Below are positions 6,933-14,067 of a stretch of DNA of 14,392 bases, piece after piece. The notes below the pieces were generated by a model, which saw only the letters and a list, made by a program, of their open reading frames with translations, did not search any database and had not been told where the DNA came from. Every line of letters begins with the position of its first letter. The stretch's first letter is position 1. The DNA is from Leidyana gryllorum EB-2025a (taxonomy: Eukaryota > Protista > Apicomplexa): the NCBI GenBank assembly GCA_048772705.1, contig JBLWGC010000084.1, forward strand, positions 1-14,392, read 5' to 3'. The position numbers and the translations under genes are program-made.

Positions 6933-6996
6933 ATGGATGGTCCCCGCAGCCCAAGAGAAGTGGCGAAGCTTCAGGGAGTAGTGAGGACCAGTTCAA

Positions 6997-7066
6997 GGGT
7001 CCCGCCGGGATCGAACCCAGGTCGGAAAATCCAAAGTGTGGAGTGCTAACCACCAAGGACGCAACC
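6997..7066 (-). pseudogene. tRNA-Gln(TTG) pseudogene
   Basis: Shares lesions with 1458-1527. Confidence 0.75.
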
Positions 7067-7231
7067 GGTTCAGCCCATCCCAGAAGAGTCGGACTAGCGC
7101 TTCCTCAACTGGACACATGCAACACGGGTCCTTGTCCTTTGTATACAGACCCCAGCGTAAAGAGTTGGATTCGAGTCGGGCAAAAACCTCAGTTCAATCA
7201 TTCAACCAGTTGCGCTCTCCCCGAATGCTAC

Positions 7232-7313
7232 CGACAAGGGTGAGATTCGAACTCACGCGGGTGGAACCCAACGGCTTAGCAGGCCGCCGCCTTAACCACT
7301 CGGCCACCTTGCC
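7232..7313 (-). tRNA. tRNA-Ser: tRNA-Ser(GCT)
   Basis: 82 nt intact, GCGGC CT GCT AA GCCGT, GGGT/ACCC variable arm, G73. Confidence 0.95.
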
Positions 7314-7421
7314 GACGACATCTCTTACTCGCTGGCACTTTTTCACAACGGTTTGGGGGAGGTTCTGAGATCGAAGCGTTCTTTCACTCCACGAGTATCG
7401 AGATGACCGAAGCCTCTCCAT

Positions 7422-7493
7422 GGTGCGGTTGCCTACTGGATAGGCATCGGTCTTCGGAACCGGGAGTTGTGGGTCCGAGGCCCATCGGCATCA
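7422..7493 (+). pseudogene. tRNA-Arg(TCG), probable pseudogene
   Basis: TCGGT CT TCG GA ACCGG; T-loop GTCCGAG damaged. Confidence 0.7.
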
Positions 7494-7569
7494 TAGCCTC
7501 TCACTCGGAAGACGTTCCGTTTCGACCGAGGCAAGCTTGCTAGCTGTATGAGAGCCGCTGCCCCGCATG

Positions 7570-7640
7570 TCGAGTTGAAGTGCTAGTGGTATCAGTTTCC
7601 TTCGTCTGTGGAAGTGCTCGATTCGATCCCCGAACAGTCC
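7570..7640 (+). pseudogene. heavily decayed tRNA-Pro
   Basis: CTAGTGGTAT..TTCCTTCG..TTCGAT..GAACAGTCC. Confidence 0.5.
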
Positions 7641-7716
7641 GTTATTGAGTAGGTTGCAGACAGCTGGAAGCAGAAATTGCCGGAGTCTCTCGGGGTGCTG
7701 CAGATCTTTCGCAATT

Positions 7717-7787
7717 GCACTTGCGGTCTAAGGGTAAGATGCGACCCTTCCAAGGTCGTAACCCGGGTTTGAGTCCTGGCAGGTGCA
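7717..7787 (+). tRNA. tRNA-Gly: tRNA-Gly(TCC) with T8>C and C56>T; possibly a pseudogene
   Basis: GCACTTG/CAGGTGC-A, CGACC CT TCC AA GGTCG. Confidence 0.7.
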
Positions 7788-7854
7788 GCCGTATGTAGCT
7801 CGAACGACCTGTCTATCGGTGAAGAGAGGGGACGACTCAATACAATACAACGGT

Positions 7855-7934
7855 TGACAACAGTGGGATTCGAACCCACGCACTTTCGGACTGCGGCCTT
7901 AACACAGCGCCTTAGACCACTCGGCCATCTTGCC
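7855..7934 (-). tRNA. tRNA-Leu: tRNA-Leu(AAG)
   Basis: CTGTG TT AAG GC CGCAG; intact A and B boxes; one acceptor mismatch. Confidence 0.87.
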
Positions 7935-8029
7935 GGCGCGCCCTTGGCTCGCCACTTTACACGTTTTCTGTTCGTGAAGTCTCGAGAAGGGAGGACTTTT
8001 GGGGTTGAAGGCCGGGGTATCCACGAGCA

Positions 8030-8101
8030 TCCGAGATAGTATAGTGCTTAGTATTTCCGCCTGTCACTCGGAAGACCCGGGTTCGATTACCGGTCTCGGA
8101 G
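8030..8101 (+). tRNA. tRNA-Asp: tRNA-Asp(GTC) with three lesions; possibly a pseudogene
   Basis: D-loop GG>GC, anticodon-stem change and C61 change. Confidence 0.65.
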
Positions 8102-8154
8102 ACACTTCGTTCTTCCGCTTTAGATTTCGTGGTGCTCGTCTGACAAACGCGAGT

Positions 8155-8227
8155 TACAGCCACCGAGGATCGAACTCGGGACCTTCTGCGTGTGAAGCAG
8201 ACGTCGTAACCGCTAGACCATGGCTGC
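8155..8227 (-). tRNA. tRNA-Val: tRNA-Val(CAC)
   Basis: Intact; TCTGC TT CAC AC GCAGA. Confidence 0.94.
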
Positions 8228-8289
8228 ACGGATGGTCCCCGCAGCCCAAGGGATAGCGAAGTTTCACGAAGTAGTGAGGACCAGTTCCA

Positions 8290-8361
8290 AGGTCGCGCCG
8301 GGAATCGAACCCAGGTCGGGAGATTCAAAGTCTCCAGTGCTAACCACTACGCCACGCAACC
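8290..8361 (-). tRNA. tRNA-Gln: tRNA-Gln(TTG)
   Basis: GGTTGCG/CGCGACC-T, GGAGA CT TTG AA TCTCC; one D-stem mismatch. Confidence 0.87.
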
Positions 8362-8605
8362 ATTCAGCCCATCCTAAAAGAGTCGGTACAGCCATCCGGA
8401 CCAGCGCACCTTCGGTCGGGATTCGCGTGTGGGACTGTTAGTGGTGTAGGTACACCCCCTTCTCGATGTCAGTATTTGCCTTTGGAATGACTGCTTGGCG
8501 GGGTGGACGAAGGTCGGAGTGGCCGGTTCAGTACCAATCATAAGGCTTTGCTGAGCACATCAGTCGGCTCCTTCGGCTAGTGACTGTTGACCTCAACTCT
8601 GAAGC

Positions 8606-8679
8606 GGTCGCGTATTTCAGGCAGCCATAGCGTGAGCCTAATAAGTTCTGAGTCCCCGGTTGGAGTCCGGCCGTGACCA
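8606..8679 (+). pseudogene. tRNA-Ile(AAT) pseudogene
   Basis: Degenerate copy of 11960-12033. Confidence 0.75.
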
Positions 8680-8779
8680 AGTGAGTGCATCTCTGATACA
8701 GCTTCGCCCTGTACCCGAGGAAGGCCCAAGATTCAACGATCAATACGAATGGAATTTGTTACTAAGTCCGAGCTTCGTC

Positions 8780-8842
8780 GCCGCCCCAAGTCCCTCGGTA
8801 GAGCGCAAGGGGAGACCGCAGGTTCGGGCAGCGCGAGACGTC
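8780..8842 (+). pseudogene. tRNA-Lys-derived pseudogene, anticodon loop deleted
   Basis: Syntenic with the copies at 379, 11116 and 12134. Confidence 0.65.
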
Positions 8843-8902
8843 CGAGTCGAGCTTGCTGAACCGTATGTGACGGCACTGGGCGCAAGATGCCCAGTTGGAG
8901 GT

Positions 8903-8957
8903 GGCAACTTGCCCGAGTGGTTAGGGGGTAGACTCTGCCGACTGAGCTACAACACCC
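8903..8957. pseudogene. junction of a tRNA-Ser 5' fragment (+) and a tRNA-Asn-like 5' fragment (-)
   Basis: GGCAACTTGCCCGAGTGGTTAGGGGGTAGACT fused to revcomp of GGGTGTTGTAGCTCAGTCGGCAGAG. Confidence 0.6.
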
Positions 8958-9097
8958 ACTTGCAACGTTCTTCCAAGCGAGGGAGAATGATACCTGAAGG
9001 TCAAACAGCCTCCTGGTCGGCCTGCCCGGCCAGGGCACTCATAGGTGTCAAATGCTGGAGTACTCGGCGGTCGCGTTCGGCTGTCATTGGGTGGATT

Positions 9098-9171
9098 TGC
9101 TCCCCGGGGGGATCGAACCCTCGACCTTCGGCACATGAGGCCGATGCTCTAACCAGCTGAGCTAGGGGAGC
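9098..9171 (-). tRNA. tRNA with CAT anticodon (Met by anticodon; body resembles Ile(TAT))
   Basis: GCTCCCC/GGGGAGC-A, GCTC/GAGC, TCGGC CT CAT GT GCCGA; one T-stem mismatch. Confidence 0.88.
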
Positions 9172-9315
9172 GATCACCGCCGTGCCACCGCGTAACTCAC
9201 ATTCGATTCTATGTCAGGGGGTTGTTACATCAAGTGTCAGAATGCCCCGGCCTCGTGCCGACCAAGCTTGTTAGCGTTTCTGTTAATTTGCCACGGCGGT
9301 TTGAGGCGTGCCTCC

Positions 9316-9386
9316 TGCGTCTGTCGGGAATCGAACCTGGGTCGTCTCGGTGGCAACGAGACATTCTACCACTAGACCACAGATGC
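9316..9386 (-). tRNA. tRNA-Gly: tRNA-Gly(GCC), acceptor and T-stem mismatches
   Basis: About four changes relative to 11397-11467. Confidence 0.7.
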
Positions 9387-9458
9387 ACAATCCAGCGTTG
9401 AGCTAGTCGCCCGCTGTGCAGACGTCATAGCATTCCGTGGTTTTTGACATAGTATGCA

Positions 9459-9533
9459 TGACAAGCGTGAGAGCCCACGCGATTTAGAACTGCAGCCTGA
9501 ACACAGCGCTTCAGACCACCCGGCCATCTTGCC
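9459..9533 (-). pseudogene. tRNA-Leu(CAG) pseudogene
   Basis: CTGTG TT CAG GC TGCAG; T-loop deleted. Confidence 0.7.
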
Positions 9534-9590
9534 GCCGTGTTCTTGGCTCGCCACATGGCATGTTTTGTGCCCGTGAAGTCTCGAGAAGGA

Positions 9591-9699
9591 ACTATTTCAT
9601 CTCGGACGCTCGTCAACGCGCCGGACTTCAACCCCAAAAGTTTGGTCAGTATTTCCGCCTGTCACGCGGAATACCCGGATTCGATGCTTGGTTTCAGAG
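9591..9699 (+). pseudogene. tRNA-Asp(GTC) pseudogene split by a 51-bp inversion
   Basis: 5' end of the gene is inverted at 9591-9607; the remainder is at 9643-9699. Confidence 0.72.
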
Positions 9700-9754
9700 C
9701 ACAGTTGATTCCGCTTAAGATTGTCTCATTTGGGTGTCGCTGAAAGTTGCGAGC

Positions 9755-9827
9755 TACAGCCACCGAGGATCGAACTCGGGACCTTCTGCGTGTTAAGCAA
9801 ACGTGGTGACCACTAGATCATGGCTGC
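9755..9827 (-). pseudogene. tRNA-Val(AAC), D stem broken
   Basis: Four changes relative to 6860-6932. Confidence 0.7.
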
Positions 9828-9890
9828 GGCGAAGGTCCCGCAGACCAAGAGAAGTGGCGAGGTTTCACGAAAAAGTGAGGACTAGTTTTG

Positions 9891-9962
9891 AGGTTGCTCC
9901 GGGAATCGAACCTAGGTCGGGAGATTTAGAGTGCCCAGTGCTAACCACTACACCAAGTAACC
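9891..9962 (-). tRNA. tRNA-Gln body with CTA (amber) anticodon; possibly a pseudogene
   Basis: GGTTACTTGGTGTAGTGGTTAGCACT GGGCA CT CTA AA TCTCC CGACCTAGGTTCGATTCCCGGAGCAACCT. Confidence 0.7.
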
Positions 9963-10069
9963 GATCAGTCCTTCCCAAAAAAGAGTTGGTAGAGCCATCC
10001 GGGCTAGCGCTCCCTCAACTGGACACATGCAACACGCGTCTCTCTACTGACCTTTGAAATATTGTAACT

Positions 10070-10135
10070 GACTCTGGTATCTTAGTCGGCAGAGTGTGTG
10101 ATTGTAAAATGCAAACTCGGAAATCCGGGCTCTGA
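10070..10135 (+). pseudogene. heavily decayed tRNA-Asn
   Basis: Same upstream flank as 1862; AGTCGGCAGAGTGTGTGATTGT. Confidence 0.45.
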
Positions 10136-10243
10136 GGCAACCTTCACACATACTGCGGTGCCCGAGTCTAGCCAAGGGTAAAGGGCACACTTGAAAGCTT
10201 TCAACTCTGTAGTAAAAAAGCGGCACTTGCAGACTACGAAGTT

Positions 10244-10316
10244 TGGACGACCTGGGCATCGATCCCAGTACCTCTCGCACGCTAAGCGAGCGCTTCACCA
10301 TTTGAGCTAGTCCCCC
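10244..10316 (-). tRNA. tRNA-Ala: tRNA-Ala(AGC), several lesions
   Basis: About four changes relative to 2042-2114 (acceptor, D stem, position 37). Confidence 0.7.
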
Positions 10317-10405
10317 GCTGTGCAGACCCCGTCGCATTTTGTTGATTCTCAACATAGTATGACCACTCTCGCGACTGTGCTCACCGGGTTGCACGACCGA
10401 CAGGC

Positions 10406-10477
10406 GGCTGTTTGGTCTAGTGGTATGATCCTTCCTTAGGGTGGAAGGAGTCCTGGGTTCAATTCCCAGAACAGCCC
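10406..10477 (+). tRNA. tRNA-Pro: tRNA-Pro(AGG)
   Basis: Intact; CTTCC TT AGG GT GGAAG. Confidence 0.93.
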
Positions 10478-10610
10478 TCTTGGTTGTCGGTTGACCCGAT
10501 GGGATAAGCAGTTTTAGAAGTAACACAGCCACCTCGTTGCCACTTCGGCACTCAAGGCAATTAACATCTCAAGAATCGCATTCCGGCTCCTTCTTCCATG
10601 TTGCAGACTA

Positions 10611-10682
10611 AGCAGTGTAGCTCAGTGGAAGAGTGTTGGGCTCATAACCCAAAGGTCCGTCGATCGAAACGACGCACTGCTA
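10611..10682 (+). tRNA. tRNA-iMet: initiator tRNA-Met(CAT)
   Basis: AGCAGTG/CACTGCT-A, TTGGG CT CAT AA CCCAA, GATCGAAAC. Confidence 0.95.
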
Positions 10683-10727
10683 AGTGTGCGCAGGAGGGAG
10701 CTATAGAATTGATTGGGTCGTGACCAA

Positions 10728-10799
10728 AGCCTTCTGCCGGAATCGAACCGGCGACCTTTCGCTTACTAAGCGAATGCTCTGCCCCTAAGCTAAGAAGGC
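10728..10799 (-). tRNA. tRNA-Thr: tRNA-Thr(AGT)
   Basis: Intact; TTCGC TT AGT AA GCGAA. Confidence 0.95.
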
Positions 10800-10875
10800 A
10801 ATGCAAGCCAAAGATCACGAGTCAGTCACTATTGACGGAGGTTACTGGAGCACTTTGCTCGAATGGTCCAATGAC

Positions 10876-10948
10876 TTCCACTGCCGGGACTTGAACCCGG
10901 ATCGTGCGGGTGAAAGCCGCATATCCTAGCCACTTAGACTACAGTGGA
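10876..10948 (-). tRNA. tRNA-Glu: tRNA-Glu(TTC)
   Basis: Identical to Glu(CTC) except at position 34. Confidence 0.93.
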
Positions 10949-11115
10949 CGAGTTGTTGAGTTGGGGCTTCGGCCGAGAGCCGTACCGTCTTGAAAAATAT
11001 GGATATGGAATGTCGGCATGATCAAGTGAGTGGATCTCTGATACAGATAGTAACCAATTCCATTTGTATTGATCGTGGAATCTTGGGCCTCCCCAGGTAC
11101 AGGACGAGCTTCCTT

Positions 11116-11188
11116 GCCGCGCCAGCTCCGTCGGTAGCGCGCAAGACTTTCAATGGAGAGACCGCGGGTTCGGGCAGCGCGAGCGGTC
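11116..11188 (+). pseudogene. tRNA-Lys-derived pseudogene (TTC)
   Basis: Shares the TTTCAATGGAGAGACC lesion with 5648-5720. Confidence 0.7.
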
Positions 11189-11250
11189 CGAGTCAAGCTT
11201 GCTGAACCGTATGTGAAGCCACTGTCTGCGGAATGCCGAGTTCGACGATT

Positions 11251-11332
11251 GGCAACTTGCCCGAGTGGTTAAGGGGGTAGACTCGAAATCTACTGGGCCT
11301 GGCCCGCGCTGGTTCAAATCCAACAGTTGTCG
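11251..11332 (+). tRNA. tRNA-Ser: tRNA-Ser(CGA), one T-stem mismatch
   Basis: GTAGA CT CGA AA TCTAC. Confidence 0.85.
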
Positions 11333-11396
11333 TGCGATGTGATCGGAGGGTCAAACACCAACTCACGCATAAAACTCAACCATATGCCATCTCCTC

Positions 11397-11467
11397 TGCA
11401 TCTGCCGGGAATCGAACCCGGGTCGTCTCGATGGCAACGAGACATTCTACCACTAGACCACAGATGC
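11397..11467 (-). tRNA. tRNA-Gly: tRNA-Gly(GCC)
   Basis: Intact 71-nt cloverleaf. Confidence 0.95.
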
Positions 11468-11571
11468 GTAACACCTTGTTGTTGAAGCTCGTACACGGTA
11501 ACGGCCGTTTTTATTTTTCTGAACGAATGGAATCATAAAACTGGGTTGAGCGAGTATGACGGGTGTTTGGT

Positions 11572-11645
11572 GGGTAGATAGCTCAGTGGTATGGCAGCTG
11601 ACTGCATATCAGCGCAAGCCCGTGGTTCAACTCCGCGCGTGCTCT
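11572..11645 (+). pseudogene. tRNA-Cys(GCA), probable pseudogene
   Basis: Homolog of 3985-4056 with acceptor and D mismatches and a 2-nt insertion. Confidence 0.72.
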
Positions 11646-11714
11646 GAAGATGACCTGAAACGCTCAAAGATGTTGGATCTCCATTCCTGATCACGATGCA
11701 ATGAGTCTGGAGCG

Positions 11715-11780
11715 GGGCCTATGGCGGAACATAGCGGGTCTGACTTCAGCTTAGAAAATTGGGCGTTCGAATCACTCAAT
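11715..11780 (+). pseudogene. tRNA-Trp-derived pseudogene with TCA anticodon, 3' end lost
   Basis: GGGCCTATGGCG..TCTGA CT TCA GC TTAGA..GTTCGAATCACTC. Confidence 0.7.
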
Positions 11781-11814
11781 TAGACCTCATGTTCTTCCCG
11801 TATGGGGCGCAACC

Positions 11815-11877
11815 TGAGAAGAGTGGGATTCGGGCCGACGCCCTTGCAGCGCTTTGCGCCGTCTACAGCTTCTTGCC
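11815..11877 (-). pseudogene. tRNA-Leu-derived remnant
   Basis: GGCAAGA...CGAATCCCACTCTTCTCA ends; internal deletion. Confidence 0.55.
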
Positions 11878-11959
11878 AGTGTCTGAATGGCTCTGATGTT
11901 TGATTCTAGCTCAGGGGGGATCCAGCATCGGGGTCGGTGCCATCTGTCGTCGCAGAAGT

Positions 11960-12033
11960 GGTCGCGTAGCTCAGTCGGTTAGAGCGTGAGCCTAATAAGC
12001 TCAAGGTCCCCGGTTCGAGCCCGGGCGTGACCA
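11960..12033 (+). tRNA. tRNA-Ile: tRNA-Ile(AAT)
   Basis: 74 nt, GGTCGCG/CGTGACC-A, TGAGC CT AAT AA GCTCA. Confidence 0.95.
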
Positions 12034-12133
12034 AGTGAGTGGATCTCTGATAAATAGTTGCCCTGGACGTGAGGAAGCCCCAACATTCTGCGACCAATAC
12101 GGGAGAAACTAGTTACTAAGTCCGAGCTTCCTT

Positions 12134-12206
12134 GCCGCGCCAGCTCCGTCGGTAGACCCCTAGACTTTCAATAAGGAGACCGCGGCTTCGGGCAGCGCGA
12201 GCAGTC
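12134..12206 (+). pseudogene. tRNA-Lys-derived pseudogene
   Basis: Syntenic between Ile and Ser; shares lesions with other copies. Confidence 0.65.
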
Positions 12207-12265
12207 CGACTCAAGCTTGCTGAATCGTTGAAGCCACAGGGCGCAAGATGACAAGTCCGACAGGT

Positions 12266-12347
12266 GGCAACTTGCCCGAGTGGTTAAGGGGGTAGACTAG
12301 AAATCTACTGGGCCTGGCCCGCGCTGGTTCAAATCCAGCAGTTGTCG
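12266..12347 (+). tRNA. tRNA-Ser: tRNA-Ser(AGA)
   Basis: Intact 82-nt cloverleaf. Confidence 0.95.
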
Positions 12348-12411
12348 AGCGATGTGGTGGAAATGATGCAATTCCCAGCATCAAAAACTCATATGGGTCG
12401 AGACAGGGAAT

Positions 12412-12483
12412 GCCTCCTTAGCTTAGGGGCAGAGCATTCGCTTTGTAAGCGAAAGGTCGCTGGTTCGATTCCGGCAGAAGGCT
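12412..12483 (+). tRNA. tRNA-Thr: tRNA-Thr(TGT)
   Basis: TTCGC TT TGT AA GCGAA; one acceptor mismatch. Confidence 0.87.
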
Positions 12484-12544
12484 TGACTGCATCGACTGGG
12501 CACCTGCAAAGCTTAAGTCTCTCAAGCTCCACTCATCTTAGCCG

Positions 12545-12617
12545 AGCCTCGTAGCTCAGCCACCAGAGGGTAAGTCTCTTAGCCACAAAGTCGCAGACTG
12601 GAACCTGCCAGTACCTG
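12545..12617 (+). pseudogene. tRNA-Asn-derived pseudogene
   Basis: TAGCTCAG..CAGAGGGT..AAAGTCGCAG..GGAACCTGCCAG matches 1862-1934. Confidence 0.55.
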
Positions 12618-12681
12618 AGGCACCCACTAGCTCAACGCAGACTGCCGCCGAGTTTCGGGGTGCTGAAGCTCTCTCTCGAGT

Positions 12682-12740
12682 GCACTTGTGGTCCAAGAGT
12701 AGGATGCGAGCTTCCCATGCTCCAAGCCCCGGCAGGTGCA
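12682..12740 (+). pseudogene. tRNA-Gly(CCC) pseudogene, internal deletion
   Basis: GCACTTG/CAGGTGC-A, GAGC TT CCC AT GCTC; about 12 nt missing before the T-loop. Confidence 0.65.
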
Positions 12741-12815
12741 GCCGATCGTACAGACTTGACCATGGCTGCAACAATGTTTTCAACCGGGGCGAAGAGCAAT
12801 GCACTTTGGACTGCT

Positions 12816-12887
12816 TGTCCGAGCCAGGAATCGAGCCTGGGTTTGCACGGCCACACCGTGCTGTCCTAACCACTAGACGACTCGGAC
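12816..12887 (-). tRNA. tRNA-His: tRNA-His(GTG)
   Basis: GTCCGAG/CTCGGAC-A, GCACG GT GTG GC CGTGC; C54; no genomic G-1. Confidence 0.85.
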
Positions 12888-12986
12888 AATCTTTGAGCGA
12901 GGCTGTACAGGTAGCGAAGCATCGATCAGGATGGAATGGAACAGCAGTGTCAGACGAACTACGTTGTAAGGAGTCCACTCCTCAGC

Positions 12987-13067
12987 TCCCGGCGGGACGG
13001 AATTTGGTCGTCGAATATTTGATGCCACCACTACAATCACGTGCGTTGCCATCTAAGCAACTCGGGG
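12987..13067 (-). pseudogene. tRNA-Tyr pseudogene retaining a 7-nt intron (13024-13030)
   Basis: Revcomp TGTAG TGGTGGC ATCAAATA. Confidence 0.65.
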
Positions 13068-13161
13068 CGTAAGAGTACTCCGGGGCGGTACACTGCACCC
13101 AGAACGACATCGACGTCGCAACGGAAGCCATTAACACTCAGGAACTCAGAAAGAAAGTAAC

Positions 13162-13245
13162 GCGCAGATGCCCGAGTGGTCTAAGGGGCCAGACTCAAGT
13201 TCTGGTAGGCGCAAGTCTGCATGGGTTCGAATGCCATTCTGTGCA
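13162..13245 (+). tRNA. tRNA-Leu: tRNA-Leu(CAA)
   Basis: GCGCAGA/TCTGTGC-A, CCAGA CT CAA GT TCTGG, long variable arm; C61>G. Confidence 0.87.
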
Positions 13246-13333
13246 ACGGTGATCATCCTCGAGAATAGGCTGGAAAAGCTACGGTAGATTCGAATCTCTA
13301 TCTGTATATCCGGTTGCATGCATCCAAGTATTC

Positions 13334-13404
13334 GGCTATTTGGTCTAGCGGTGGTATCCCTGTCAGAATGGAAAGAGAAATGGATCCGATTCCCAGAAAA
13401 GCTA
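13334..13404 (+). pseudogene. decayed tRNA-Pro
   Basis: GGCTATTTGGTCTAGCGGT...CGATTCCCAGAAAAGC. Confidence 0.55.
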
Positions 13405-13450
13405 ATTTTGGTGTTGACCTGACATCCCACTGCTTTTCAGGATGGTACGG

Positions 13451-13532
13451 CTCTCGCCCAAAGCATGCACCCGCGCGGACCAGGCCCAATAGAATTCAAA
13501 TCCACCACCCCTCCCACTCGGGCAAGTTGGCA
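13451..13532 (-). pseudogene. decayed tRNA-Ser (TGA-like)
   Basis: Revcomp GCCAACTTGCCCGAGTGG..TT TGA AT TCTATTGGGCCTGGTCCGCG. Confidence 0.6.
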
Positions 13533-13619
13533 ACTGTCGAACTCGGGATGCCGCGAGGAGTGGCCCCAGATGCGGCTGCGGCGAGTGCTTATTTTCACCG
13601 CGTTTCAAGACTTTTTAGT

Positions 13620-13692
13620 GCCTCGGTAGCTCAGTTGGGAGAGCGCCAGACTGAAGATCTGGAAGTCCCGTGTTCGATCCACGGCCGAGGCA
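13620..13692 (+). tRNA. tRNA-Phe: tRNA-Phe(GAA)
   Basis: GCCTCGG/CCGAGGC-A, CCAGA CT GAA GA TCTGG, G20. Confidence 0.96.
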
Positions 13693-13779
13693 GAGAGATT
13701 GTGACATCTGGTGTCACTATTCGCGCCCGTCGAGCGTTCGGCCCCTAAGCTAATAAGGCAGGCGCTGTCTCGATCACCT

Positions 13780-13852
13780 GAGGGTATGGCTGCGACCGGC
13801 TAGGATATGCGGCTCTCCTCGCACGGTCCGGGTTCAAGTCCCGGCAGTGGAA
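13780..13852 (+). pseudogene. tRNA-Glu(CTC) pseudogene, 5' end replaced
   Basis: 13798-13852 matches the Glu body. Confidence 0.72.
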
Positions 13853-13928
13853 GTCCTCGGACTATCCGATCACAGTCCTTCAGTAAGCTCCCTCAATGAG
13901 AATAGATGCGTAATTTCCTGCTTGGATT

Positions 13929-14000
13929 GCCGTCTTAATTGAGGGGCAGAGCGTTTGCTTCGTGAGCGAGAAGTCGGCGGCTCGATTCCGACAGAAGGCT
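13929..14000 (+). pseudogene. tRNA-Thr(CGT) pseudogene
   Basis: Thr body, TT CGT GA loop, many mismatches; syntenic after Glu. Confidence 0.68.
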
Positions 14001-14067
14001 TTGATGCATCGATAGGCTCTCTAACAACGGTTGTCACCACCTACAAGATGCAGCAAGATCGTGATCT

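Noticed and set aside
8400-8600. Longest unassigned stretches (also about 3525-3730 and 8960-9095) as possible snRNA, 5S or SL RNA
   Set aside because: No motif I can recognise; an Rfam cmscan would be needed.
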